Shown: positions 1-8,390, counted from the stretch's first letter. The stretch is DNA of 32,000 bases from Candidatus Paracaedimonas acanthamoebae (GCA_000743035.1 CP008936.1:90001-122000); one strand, 5' to 3'. Notes: generated from the sequence alone by a model not told the origin. Numbers and translations are program-made.

Positions 1-1125
1 ACGCACAGTGAGGACCTTTTACTGCCTTTCAACATCTTCTGGTTTCCTGAGATCCTTGGGACAAGGCTGGGGATGACCGTGTGGGTGATAGCCCTGAAGC
101 TCATCAATTTTAATTCTTTTATTTCCAACCATTTTTCTTCCCTTTTTATTTATTTCCACTTGGGTCTCACCAATGAGATCCAAGTCCTTCAACCTCTGTC
201 ATCCTAGGCCCTGTGCCTAGGATCCCAAGCAACATAAAGACCTTACTTGTCACCTTTCGTTGTTTCTCTCTCACATCACCCCTACCACGCATGATGAAGA
301 ACTTCTGGCACCTATTTACACCTTCAGGCTGCCTGAGATCCCTGGGACAAGGCTGGGGATGACCGTGTGGGTAATAGCCCTGAAGCTCATCAGTTTTAAT
401 TCTTTTATTTCCAACCATTTTTCTTCCCTTTTTATTTATTTCCACTTGGGTCTCACCAATGAGATCCAAGTCCTTCAACCTCTGTCATCCTAGGCCCTGT
501 GCCTAGGATCCCAAGCAACATAAAGACCTCTCATGTTCCCTTTCTATGCCTTTCAGGCTTTTCTAGGTCGCCGTCTTTGCGAGGATGAAAAAGAACAGAA
601 TGTTATTCCTTTTACGCCAAACAGTTCTGTCCTTCATTCACCTTTCCCAGTTCCTTGCCAGACTCTCAGACTTTCTCTAGGTGCACACCGGAAAATATGA
701 CCTTGAGTTTGGCATTCCTCTTCGGTGAGCCTAGACCCTCTGCCGAGAATCCAAACGACCCGAAGCTCTCTCTTGTGCCCCCATTTTGTGCCTTTGGGCA
801 TCCTTCTGACTCCCCGCCGTCGCGAAGAGGATCAGAAAGGAACGACAGAAAAGACCTGTCTCACGCTTGGGACCATTTAGCCCTCCCTGATGAGTTGAAA
901 TCTTCGGCACGACGCTGTCGATCACAAGCGAGAAGAGATCTGGTCCTTGCCTTGCATCGTCTAATCTTGCAAAATACCTCCCCTCCATTCCACTCACTTC
1001 ACCTCGCCTTAAGGTACCAGGCATAAGTTTTTGAAAGGATTTCCTTCTCCCTTTTCCCCGAGGGATCGACCTCTGGAAAAAGGCAAAGAGAGGGCATTTG
1101 CTCAAAAAGAGCGTTCAAAGGCTTA
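1..1125. other. ORF-poor, relatively GC-rich non-coding block of unknown function; runs off the left edge of the window
   Basis: The only ORFs here are mutually antisense with low-complexity R/S/P-rich translations (655..1026 + and 731..1105 -), or lie inside the tandem repeat. Hand counts of the five 60-nt lines from 661 to 960 give 47, 58, 57, 48 and 55 % G+C. Three housekeeping lines I counted (8581, 12001, 29041) give 38, 45 and 50 %. Composition drops to AT-rich at about 1100-1130. Confidence 0.5.
46..529. repeat. Tandem direct repeat with a 286-bp period, two copies visible. The near-identical 198-nt cores are 46..243 and 332..529.
   Basis: Base-by-base alignment gives 195/198 identical. 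The mismatches are 56/342 (t/c), 87/373 (g/a) and 107/393 (a/g). The roughly 88-nt linker (244..331) aligns with 1..45 at only about 65 % by hand, so the array probably continues upstream of the window. Each core carries a hairpin with a 9-bp stem, atcctaggc/gcctaggat, and loop cctgt (201..223 and 487..509). Confidence 0.9.
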
Positions 1126-1441
1126 TTTGTTTAATAATTTAGGTTTTTATCCCTGTCTTATTCTTCTTCTTATTGGATGGCTACAGAGACTTAGTAAAAG
1201 GATTATCAAGATTTGTGAGATCCAGATAAGGAAGAAAATCATCTCTGACCATCTACTATTAGACTATCATATCACGATACAAAATTCAAGAAAATTCAAT
1301 CCAAAATTCAAATAAATAAGCATTTAATATCAAGGATTTAAAATAATATTTGAGGGAACTTTTAGACATGGAAATAACCACTTAAAACATCTACATAAAA
1401 AAGCTTAAATCTGATTAAAAGATAATAGAAAAATATCCGTC

Positions 1442-2026
1442 TTACGCATGCCCTGATTCTAGTGACAAAAGCTCGGGATCAACCCCAATCTTATTAAGAA
1501 CTTGTTTCCACAGAAGATCCAATTCCTTTGTAAAGATAAGATCAAGATCGGCCTCCACCATCAGCCAGCAATTTTGCTGAAGTTCAGTTTCTAGCTGGCC
1601 AGCGCTCCAGCCTGTATAGCCTAAAGCTAAGATCTTCTTTTGGGGGCCATGTCCACTTGCAATCTCATTTAAAATGTCAACAGTTGCCGTAAGAGCAATA
1701 TCCTCATTGATTTTGACAGAGGCTTTATGCAAATAATCTGTTGAGTGAAGAATAAACCCTCGCCCCATTTCAACAGGGCCGCCAAAGTGAATGGGCATTT
1801 CTTCTTTGATCAAAGGTGTTTTAATATTTAACTGATCTAAGAGCTCTTGGAGAGTGAGAGAATCAATGAGGCGATTTAAAACTAGCCCCATCGCTCCTTG
1901 CTTATCATGTCCACAAATTAAAATAACTGCATGAGTAAACCGAGGATCCATAAGTTGAGGCATCGCAACGAGAAGTTTACCTGTTAAAACGTCTGTTGAT
2001 GAAGTGAAAATAGAATTTTTATTCAT
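1442..2026 (-). CDS. yqgE: YqgE/AlgH family protein (UPF0301)
   Basis: 194-aa ORF with an ATG start. The N-terminal LVAMPQLMDPRFTHAVILICGHDKQGAMGLVLNR and the later GGPVEMGRGFILH are the characteristic YqgE/AlgH pattern. Confidence 0.85.
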   Translation of the reverse strand: MNKNSIFTSSTDVLTGKLLVAMPQLMDPRFTHAVILICGHDKQGAMGLVLNRLIDSLTLQELLDQLNIKTPLIKEEMPIHFGGPVEMGRGFILHSTDYLHKASVKINEDIALTATVDILNEIASGHGPQKKILALGYTGWSAGQLETELQQNCWLMVEADLDLIFTKELDLLWKQVLNKIGVDPELLSLESGHA

Positions 2027-2060
2027 TTTTTATACCAAGATAAGGTAGGATGAGAAAAAA

Positions 2061-3860
2061 TTGCATCATGGTATTCACGATATGCCTAACAAATTAAGAG
2101 TTTTTAACTATTTAAAATTTACTTTAGCATTTCTATGTGTCGGCGTACAGATAGCATATGCTCAACACGCAGAAATGGTTAAAGCAAAGCTCCTTAGCTC
2201 GGTTCAAGGGACAAAAGGCCATCAAGATATCTTGTTGGGCCTTCAGCTTGAAATCCCTGAGGGTGCAAAGATAAATGCTCCTTCTCCTGAAAATACTGCT
2301 GTTGCTCCTGTTCTTGAATGGCAAGGGTCACAAAACTTTAAAGAGGCGCAAATTTCTTGGCCACCAAGCAAACATCATCAAATTGATAAAATTGATTTTT
2401 ATTCTTATGAAAAGAGGGTCATTATCCCCATCCGTTATATCCTTGCGAACGCAAGTCAACCCACCACTATTCATGCCAAATTTAAATATATTCTATGTCA
2501 AGAACAATGCATTCCTCAAGAACTGACCTTAACGGTCGGGTTACCCAGCGATCGCGGCGAAGAAACCCAGTTTTCAGAGCTTCTCATCCAAGCGAAAAAA
2601 AACGTTGATCATCATCCTATTCCTGATGAGGAAGCTGCAAGTTTTGGACTTATGCTTTTATTTGCTCTGCTAGGTGGGTTTATCCTTAATTTTATGCCCT
2701 GTGTTTTACCTGTTTTATCGTTAAAATTTATGAGTATTACGCGACAAGAGCAACGACTTGACAAAGATTTTCACTATCGCTTAGGGTTATGGGCCACTTT
2801 TGCAGGAATCTTATCTTCTTTTTTGATTTTTGGTGTTGTTGCGATGGCGTTGGACTCTTTGGGGGCTCAAATAGGGTGGGGGCTGCATTTCCAACAGCCT
2901 GCTTTTCTTGTTTTTATGGTTGCCATATTAACTTTATTTACCTGCAATTTGCTAGGATTTTATGAGATTGCTCTGCCTGCTGCATTACAAACAAGACTAA
3001 GTGCCATTTTCGGCCATCATTTTCCTCACTTAATTGAAGATTATTTAACAGGCGTTTTTGCAACATTATTGGCAACGCCATGCACAGCACCTTTTTTGGG
3101 GGCAGCGTTGGGCTATGCTTTCTCGCGGTCCGGTTTTGACATTCTTTTACTATTTAGTGCCATGGGGCTCGGCTTTGGTCTTCCGTATTGGCTAGGCGCT
3201 CTTCTGCCAACGCGTTGGCTTAAACTTCCGAAACCAGGTCCTTGGACGATCGCTTTATCTAGAATTTTAGGTGGTCTTTTAGCCATCACAACGGGATGGA
3301 TGTTATGGGTTCTTGCAGGGGCTCATAGTTTGTTAGCAACTCTTGTCGTTACGGTGGCTATTATCTCAATGGTCATACTTTTTTATATCGCACAAAACCG
3401 CCCCTTGCTACGGCGGTGGGTATGGGGGCCATTTTTAATTATCCTATTGTCGGTTTTCTTGCCCACGACAACGGGCAAAGCGCCAGTTTCAACACTTGAA
3501 GTGCAGAAAAACCTTTGGCAGCCCTTGGACGTCCAGAAAATCCCCGAACTTGTTCAAGCTGGAAAGGTTGTCTTTATTGATGTTACGGCCGATTGGTGTT
3601 TAACTTGTAAACTAAATAAAGCCTTTGTTTTAGATGAGAAAAAAGTTTTAAAAGCCTTAAGGTCACCACAGGTTGTGGCAATGCGTGCAGATTGGACACG
3701 CTATGACCAAGACATTAAAGATTTTCTCAATCAATACAATCGGTTTGGTGTCCCTTTTAATATTGTTTTTGGCCCCAAACAATCGCAAGGTTTGATTTTA
3801 AGCGAAATTTTAAAAAAGAAGGATGTTTTACAGGCTTTAAAACGTGCACAAAGCGATTGA
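2061..3860 (+). CDS. dsbD: Thiol:disulfide interchange protein, DsbD/ScsB family (N-terminal periplasmic domain, CcdA-like membrane core, C-terminal thioredoxin)
   Basis: Signal-like N-terminus (FLCVGVQIAYAQ) and the Cys pair LCQEQCIP. The membrane core carries the motifs FMPCVLPVLS and ATPCTAPFLG. The C-terminal thioredoxin motif is DWCLTCK. TTG at 2061 has AGGA 10 nt upstream; ATG at 2082 is an alternative start. Confidence 0.85.
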   Translation: MHHGIHDMPNKLRVFNYLKFTLAFLCVGVQIAYAQHAEMVKAKLLSSVQGTKGHQDILLGLQLEIPEGAKINAPSPENTAVAPVLEWQGSQNFKEAQISWPPSKHHQIDKIDFYSYEKRVIIPIRYILANASQPTTIHAKFKYILCQEQCIPQELTLTVGLPSDRGEETQFSELLIQAKKNVDHHPIPDEEAASFGLMLLFALLGGFILNFMPCVLPVLSLKFMSITRQEQRLDKDFHYRLGLWATFAGILSSFLIFGVVAMALDSLGAQIGWGLHFQQPAFLVFMVAILTLFTCNLLGFYEIALPAALQTRLSAIFGHHFPHLIEDYLTGVFATLLATPCTAPFLGAALGYAFSRSGFDILLLFSAMGLGFGLPYWLGALLPTRWLKLPKPGPWTIALSRILGGLLAITTGWMLWVLAGAHSLLATLVVTVAIISMVILFYIAQNRPLLRRWVWGPFLIILLSVFLPTTTGKAPVSTLEVQKNLWQPLDVQKIPELVQAGKVVFIDVTADWCLTCKLNKAFVLDEKKVLKALRSPQVVAMRADWTRYDQDIKDFLNQYNRFGVPFNIVFGPKQSQGLILSEILKKKDVLQALKRAQSD

Positions 3861-3917
3861 CATTTAAAAGAGGTGAGGGTTATAACACCCGTAAGAGTTT
3901 ATATAAGGACTATTGGC

Positions 3918-4142
3918 ATGAAAAAAGATATCCATCCAGATTACCATAAGGTTAAGATTGTTCTGACAGATGGAACAAGCTTTGAGACCCGCTCAACATG
4001 GGGCAAAGAGGGTGATTCACTTCGTCTTGACATAGACCCCACAACCCATCCAGCGTGGACTGGCGTTCATCGTCTTATGGATACAGGTGGGCAGTTATCT
4101 AAGTTCAAGAACCGTTTCCAAGGGTTTGGTCTTAAGAAGTAA
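3918..4142 (+). CDS. rpmE: 50S ribosomal protein L31 (Cys-less form)
   Basis: [29 protein letters not shown]...HPAWTG is the L31 signature. The track ORF starts at GTG 3873, but the conserved N-terminus starts at ATG 3918. Confidence 0.9.
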   Translation: MKKDIHPDYHKVKIVLTDGTSFETRSTWGKEGDSLRLDIDPTTHPAWTGVHRLMDTGGQLSKFKNRFQGFGLKK

Positions 4143-4163
4143 AATAAGACGGCTCTCGACATT

Positions 4164-4192
4164 AAAAAAGCCTCCTAAATGGAGGCTTTTTT
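4164..4192. terminator. Bidirectional rho-independent terminator between convergent rpmE and the aldolase gene
   Basis: Stem agcctcc (4169-4175), loop taaat, stem ggaggct (4181-4187). It is flanked by an A-run upstream (4164-4169) and a T-run downstream (4187-4192). Confidence 0.7.
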
Positions 4193-4217
4193 GTGAGCTT
4201 TAAGCTTTAATAGGGCC

Positions 4218-5153
4218 TTAAGCTTTTCCAAGATAAATCTTGGTCAATTGATCTAACATCTCACGGGCTTCTGCTCTTGGTCTTTGGAAGGCATTGCGGC
4301 CAATAATAGAACCATGGCCTCCGCCTTGATGAATAGCACGAGCATCATCATAGACACCATTTAAGTCCTTCGTTTCACCGCCAGAAAATACCACAAGACG
4401 GCGTCCATTAAAGCAACATTGCATCATGTGACGGACACGGTCTGTCATCGTGGATACATTAATTTTATATTTTTCGTATTCTTTACGAGCAGCTTCAACT
4501 TCAAGATGTGCTGAAGGAAGCTTTACCTTAATGATGTGGGCACCCAAAAGAGCCGCCATATGTGCCCCATAAGACACAACGTCAATGGCTGTTTCGCCTT
4601 CTTTAGAAACATTCCCACGAGCATAAGACCAAATGACCACAATAAGGCCATAAGCTTTTGCTTCTTCAGCAAGGGCTTGAATTTCTTCAAACATATCTAA
4701 GCTTGCATCTGCACCAGGATAAATAGTAAAGCCGATTCCAATACAGCCTAATCTGAGGGCATCTTGGATAGAGGCAGTCACAGCTTGATCTGAAAGACGT
4801 GCTTCTTTTGCGGAAGGAAGAAGTGAATTTGAGCTATTAATTTTTAAAATGGTGGGAATAGCGCCTGCGAACGTATCGGCACCTGCTTCAAGCATTCCGA
4901 GCGGAGCAGCATAAGCAGAAAGACCAGCATCCACAGCGAGTTGATAATGATAATGGGGATCATAGGCTTCTGTGTTACTGGCAAAGCTTCTGCCAGGACC
5001 ATGTTCAAATCCCTGATCAACGGGAAGAATGATCAATCGTCCGGTATTACCAAGTCGACCGTGAGTCAAAAGGCGAGCAAGATTCGTTTTTGTTCCAGGG
5101 TTATCACTTTCATAATAACTTAAAATCTTTTTGATTTTATTGTTAATTTTCAT
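4218..5153 (-). CDS. fbaB: Class I fructose-bisphosphate aldolase, FbaB/DhnA type
   Basis: 311-aa ORF. LIILPVDQGFEHGP, the IIKVKLP lysine region and the C-terminal GSIIGRNAFQRP match the DhnA-type class I aldolase family. AGGA sits 6 nt upstream of the ATG. Confidence 0.8.
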   Translation of the reverse strand: MKINNKIKKILSYYESDNPGTKTNLARLLTHGRLGNTGRLIILPVDQGFEHGPGRSFASNTEAYDPHYHYQLAVDAGLSAYAAPLGMLEAGADTFAGAIPTILKINSSNSLLPSAKEARLSDQAVTASIQDALRLGCIGIGFTIYPGADASLDMFEEIQALAEEAKAYGLIVVIWSYARGNVSKEGETAIDVVSYGAHMAALLGAHIIKVKLPSAHLEVEAARKEYEKYKINVSTMTDRVRHMMQCCFNGRRLVVFSGGETKDLNGVYDDARAIHQGGGHGSIIGRNAFQRPRAEAREMLDQLTKIYLGKA

Positions 5154-5178
5154 GGGGTTTCCTTTAAAAATACCAAAA

Positions 5179-5255
5179 TGGTCGGAGCGGCGGGATTTGA
5201 ACCCACGACCCCCACACCCCCAGTGTGATGCGCTACCAGGCTGCGCTACGCTCCG
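5179..5255 (-). tRNA. tRNA-Pro, anticodon GGG
   Basis: The reverse complement folds as a cloverleaf by hand. Acceptor CGGAGCG/CGCTCCG; D stem GCGC/GCGC; anticodon stem TCACA/TGTGG with loop CTGGGGG (U33 then GGG). The T arm is GTGGG-TTCAAAT-CCCGC, followed by discriminator A and an encoded CCA. Confidence 0.9.
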
Positions 5256-5265
5256 ATTAAGGGCG

Positions 5266-5294
5266 ACTATAAAGGGGTTAATTCAGCCATGCAA
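5266..5294 (-). promoter_or_regulatory. Sigma70-type promoter for tRNA-Pro (and possibly fbaB)
   Basis: On the minus strand: TTGCAT (5294-5289), 17-nt spacer, TATAGT (5271-5266). The -10 element ends 10 nt before the mature tRNA 5' end. Confidence 0.45.
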
Positions 5295-5445
5295 GATGGT
5301 TCCCGAAAAAAATGCATAAGCTTATAAACCTGCTCTCTCTATGAGAGTAATTTGGTGTTTTAAAATAACAATTGATATTTAAAAAAAATTGTATAATATT
5401 CCTATTCTTTAAATAAATAAAATTTATATATAGGTACATTACTAA

Positions 5446-6735
5446 ATGAGAATAAATATTTTAGCTGTTTCAACTGTTATTTATAGATATTTTGTTTTTC
5501 TTTTAATTTTTCTATCATCTTTTTTTAGCAATTTTACTATTAGCCATGCTTCTTTGGTTGATCTTGTTCTCCGGGAAAATGCAGAATGCCATAAAACCAT
5601 GAAGAAGGGGATGGGATATGATCATCCTGTGTCGACTGAGGAAATGAAAGCATATCCTGGGCATTGTGGAAATTTTTGTATAGTTTTGAGAGATGCTTTA
5701 CAGAGTAAAAATATTATTTCAACGTTAATTAACGTTTACACATCTGACAGTGCTAAGCATACAATTATTGAAACTTGTGTAACTGAAGATGAAAATCCAT
5801 CTAAATACACGGTTTGTGATCCTTTTTTGGGTATTGCCTACAAACATAGCTTTATTGAGTTATTAAACAATCCAGGCTTAGCAGAGGAGTATGTCGGCGA
5901 AAAACCTACAGCACAATATTATTATGGTCCAATATTCTTTAAGGGAGTAACTGTTTGCGAATATTCTCTTGAATCCATTTATGTAAATAAATTCGTTAAT
6001 CACAGCTATGCTTGTTATAATAAGTTCCCACAAACTATAGAAAATTTTCCTAATGATTGTCTTTTTATAAAAATCAAACCGTCTTTACCAATTTCAATCT
6101 TGGTCGATAAGTACTCATTTAATTTAAGGGAAGGTAAAGATTATGTTATTCCCGTTACTGCATTGCAAAATAAAAGCTTAACTATTACTGATACAAATGA
6201 GGTGAATATAGTACATCTTTACGAGGTTTGGAGTATGGATACCTTTCGAACCAAATTCTCTCCTCCCCCTTCTCTTGGAATTGTACCCAACTATCTGAGA
6301 TTTACAGGAGAACCAATTGATATATTTTCTATTGGTTTTTGCTTAGGTGCAGAGCGAATTCTAACAATTAATATGGGAGATGCTAAGAGTGAAAAGCAAA
6401 GAGGAATTCGAGTATTTTCGCCAGAAGATGATGCCCAAGAAAAGAAAACGAATAGTTGGTCTTTCGTGAAAACTCTGGAAAAATTAAGCTATCGGACTGC
6501 TTGTGAGAATACGGAAAGCCTTTACAAACACTCTGCCATACAATTTCGTTTGCTACAAGAATACGCTAACAAAAGTCTACGCTTATTTATTTATTATAGA
6601 TTATCACAAGGGAAGAGCACAGTGAGTTTGTTTAATGTACCTAAAGGACAGTATCAAAGCTTGGGAGAAATGCCTATTTCTCAAGATAAAACATCTATAT
6701 CATTTGATATTAACAAAGATTTAGTTTTTTTCTAA
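5446..6735 (+). CDS. Hypothetical secreted protein. The N-terminal region has a Cys-His-Asp arrangement reminiscent of transglutaminase-like/papain-fold cysteine peptidases.
   Basis: An uninterrupted 429-codon ORF in very AT-rich DNA (hand counts of 30 % and 28 % G+C for lines 5701 and 6061) is unlikely by chance. The hydrophobic N-terminus ends in SHA-S. The motifs are GHC(74)GNFCIVLRDAL, then KH(105)TIIE, then VCD(125)PFLG. I recognise no family for the remaining 300 or so aa. Confidence 0.7.
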   Translation: MRINILAVSTVIYRYFVFLLIFLSSFFSNFTISHASLVDLVLRENAECHKTMKKGMGYDHPVSTEEMKAYPGHCGNFCIVLRDALQSKNIISTLINVYTSDSAKHTIIETCVTEDENPSKYTVCDPFLGIAYKHSFIELLNNPGLAEEYVGEKPTAQYYYGPIFFKGVTVCEYSLESIYVNKFVNHSYACYNKFPQTIENFPNDCLFIKIKPSLPISILVDKYSFNLREGKDYVIPVTALQNKSLTITDTNEVNIVHLYEVWSMDTFRTKFSPPPSLGIVPNYLRFTGEPIDIFSIGFCLGAERILTINMGDAKSEKQRGIRVFSPEDDAQEKKTNSWSFVKTLEKLSYRTACENTESLYKHSAIQFRLLQEYANKSLRLFIYYRLSQGKSTVSLFNVPKGQYQSLGEMPISQDKTSISFDINKDLVFF

Positions 6736-6928
6736 CAGTAACCTGGCATAAGAGTTTTTAGAAAAGATTTTCGAATTAAACTTATCTTCTTTTATTTATG
6801 AGGTTTCGCTCAACTAAAATTTATTCAAATTAAAAAATAAGATATTAAATTTTATAATGCTTTTTAGTTGAATCTAATTAATAAAGCCGCTTTATTGTGG
6901 GAAGATTGATTAAATTGATGGAGGAAAT

Positions 6929-8284
6929 ATGAAAAAGTTTCAAACTGTTGCCTTAATTACTACAAGTTTAGCCGGAAGTGTAAGCCCTGTTATTGCAGGC
7001 GGTTATGAAGCTAAGCTCTGGAACTCAGATAGCATTGGTGAGGCGCTTGCTGGAAGCTCAGTTAAAGAAGGCGATATTACAACAATTACTCGAAACCCTG
7101 CATCTGCGTTAGGATTCATGACATCTCCTTATCAAGCTGCTGTTGTAGGAAATGTTGTGCTTCCAAGCATTAAATTTAAAAATAAAGGGTCAACAGTTGC
7201 AAACGGTGCTGCTTTGACAGGGAACAATGGCGGTAATGCTGGAAAAGAAGCATTGGTTCCTGCTGCTTATTTGGGGTGGAATTTCAATCAGCAAGTTAAG
7301 GTTGGTCTTGCGATTACCACTCCTTGGGGCCTTAAGACTGAATATGAAAGTGGATGGGCTGGTCGCTATCATGCGCTACGGTCAGAGTTAAAAACTATCA
7401 ATATCATGCCTGCGGTTGCGTATAATTTGAATGACCAACTTGCAATTGGCGGTGGTGTGCAAATTCAATACATGGATGTTAAGTTGTCGCGAGCAATTGA
7501 TTTTGGAAGTGGGATACCGTTACCAGGAGCTTCTCAAAATTTTGATGGAGGTGTTAAGCTTAAGGGAGATAGATGGGGCTATGGATGGAATGCTGGCTTG
7601 GCTTATCGTCTTTTAAAAAATGTTCGCCTTGGCTTAAATTATAATAGTCAGATTCATCATAAGCTGGCAGGAAAAGCTAATTTTACAAAGCCAAATCTTG
7701 CAGCTCTTCCAGCGCCTATAGCTGCTCAAATAGCAGCTGGTTTAAATGCAAATCCTCGCTTTAGAGATCAAGCTATTAAAGCGGGATTAAAAACACCAGA
7801 ACGCGTCATTTTAGGGGCGGCTTGGGATTTCCATCCACAAATGACTTTGTTGGGAGAAGTTAATTATACGCGCTGGAAACGTATGAAAGAAATTAATGTT
7901 CAATTCCCGACAACAGCCTCACCCTCAGACATTACGCCCATGAAATGGCGTAATACCTTTTCTTATCATGTTGGTGTGAATTGGCGTGCTTGTGAGGAAT
8001 GGACATTCCGCACTGGATATGCATTTGATCCATCGGCTGTTCGCGATGCTTATCGTATTCCAGCGGTTCCTGATCAAGATCGTCATTGGGCAGCTCTAGG
8101 TGCAACTTGGTCTCCAACTGCGGTTAAGGGGTTAACTTTTTCGATCAATTATGCGCATGAATTTATTCGTAAGGCAAAGAGCAACCTTCGCCCGACCGGT
8201 GAACAAGCAATACGTGGTAACTTGATTGGTTCCTATAAAGCTAACGTTAATTTGCTGAGCGCTCAGATTAAGTGGCATTTCTAA
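6929..8284 (+). CDS. fadL: Outer-membrane long-chain fatty acid / hydrophobic compound transporter, FadL/OmpP1/TodX family
   Basis: Signal peptide (TSLAGSVSPVIAGG) and an N-terminal hatch with the NPA motif (ITRNPASALGF). The ORF shows alternating beta-strand patterning and a terminal aromatic residue (IKWHF). GGAGGA lies upstream of the ATG. Confidence 0.85.
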   Translation: MKKFQTVALITTSLAGSVSPVIAGGYEAKLWNSDSIGEALAGSSVKEGDITTITRNPASALGFMTSPYQAAVVGNVVLPSIKFKNKGSTVANGAALTGNNGGNAGKEALVPAAYLGWNFNQQVKVGLAITTPWGLKTEYESGWAGRYHALRSELKTINIMPAVAYNLNDQLAIGGGVQIQYMDVKLSRAIDFGSGIPLPGASQNFDGGVKLKGDRWGYGWNAGLAYRLLKNVRLGLNYNSQIHHKLAGKANFTKPNLAALPAPIAAQIAAGLNANPRFRDQAIKAGLKTPERVILGAAWDFHPQMTLLGEVNYTRWKRMKEINVQFPTTASPSDITPMKWRNTFSYHVGVNWRACEEWTFRTGYAFDPSAVRDAYRIPAVPDQDRHWAALGATWSPTAVKGLTFSINYAHEFIRKAKSNLRPTGEQAIRGNLIGSYKANVNLLSAQIKWHF

Positions 8285-8310
8285 AAACTCTTTAACGAGT
8301 AAAAATAAAA

Positions 8311-8341
8311 GGTGTGTGAGTTTATCACGCACCTTTTTTTT
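8311..8341 (+). terminator. Rho-independent terminator after fadL
   Basis: 9-bp stem ggtgtgtga (8311-8319) / tcacgcacc (8325-8333) with one G-U pair and loop gttta. It is followed by a run of 8 T (8334-8341). Confidence 0.8.
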
Positions 8342-8390
8342 AATCATTTTTTAATAAAAATTATTTCAAAATATAGGTAAGGAAAAAGGA

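Noticed and set aside
167-493. ORFs 167..478 (-) and 260..493 (+) as real genes inside the tandem repeat
   Set aside because: They are by-products of the repeat. The 286-nt period shifts the frame between copies, and the minus-strand ORF starts at TTG with no usable SD. All three inter-copy differences are non-synonymous in that frame, and the translations are low-complexity.
46-529. Diversity-generating retroelement (TR/VR pair) or CRISPR array as an explanation for the two repeat copies
   Set aside because: The three differences are t/c, g/a and a/g, so they are not adenine-specific on either strand. No reverse transcriptase or target gene is nearby. Two units of 198 nt with a period of 286 nt are far too long, with no short spacers, to be CRISPR.
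540-1125. Known structured RNA in the GC-rich block (RNase P RNA, tmRNA, SRP RNA, group II intron)
   Set aside because: By eye I could not find the diagnostic strings on either strand. Missing are GAGGAAAGUCC for RNase P, a tRNA-like TTCGA T-arm plus an ...AA-stop tag frame for tmRNA, the SRP GGAA-containing helix 8 motif, and a GUGYG 5' end with a domain V hairpin. This is a negative result from visual inspection only; a covariance-model search is still needed.
655-1315. ORFs 655..1026 (+), 731..1105 (-) and 1031..1315 (+) as coding genes
   Set aside because: The first two overlap almost completely on opposite strands, as expected in relatively GC-rich non-coding DNA. Their translations are R/S/P-rich with no motif. 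The third spans the GC-to-AT transition and has no SD or recognisable features.
5131-5319. ORF 5131..5319 (+) and a genomic-island reading of the AT-rich orphan next to tRNA-Pro
   Set aside because: The ORF is simply the antisense of tRNA-Pro. The orphan gene lies on the 5' side of the tRNA rather than the 3' side used by integrases. There is no integrase gene, and I saw no direct repeat of the tRNA 3' end. The island hypothesis is unsupported, although the low GC remains notable.
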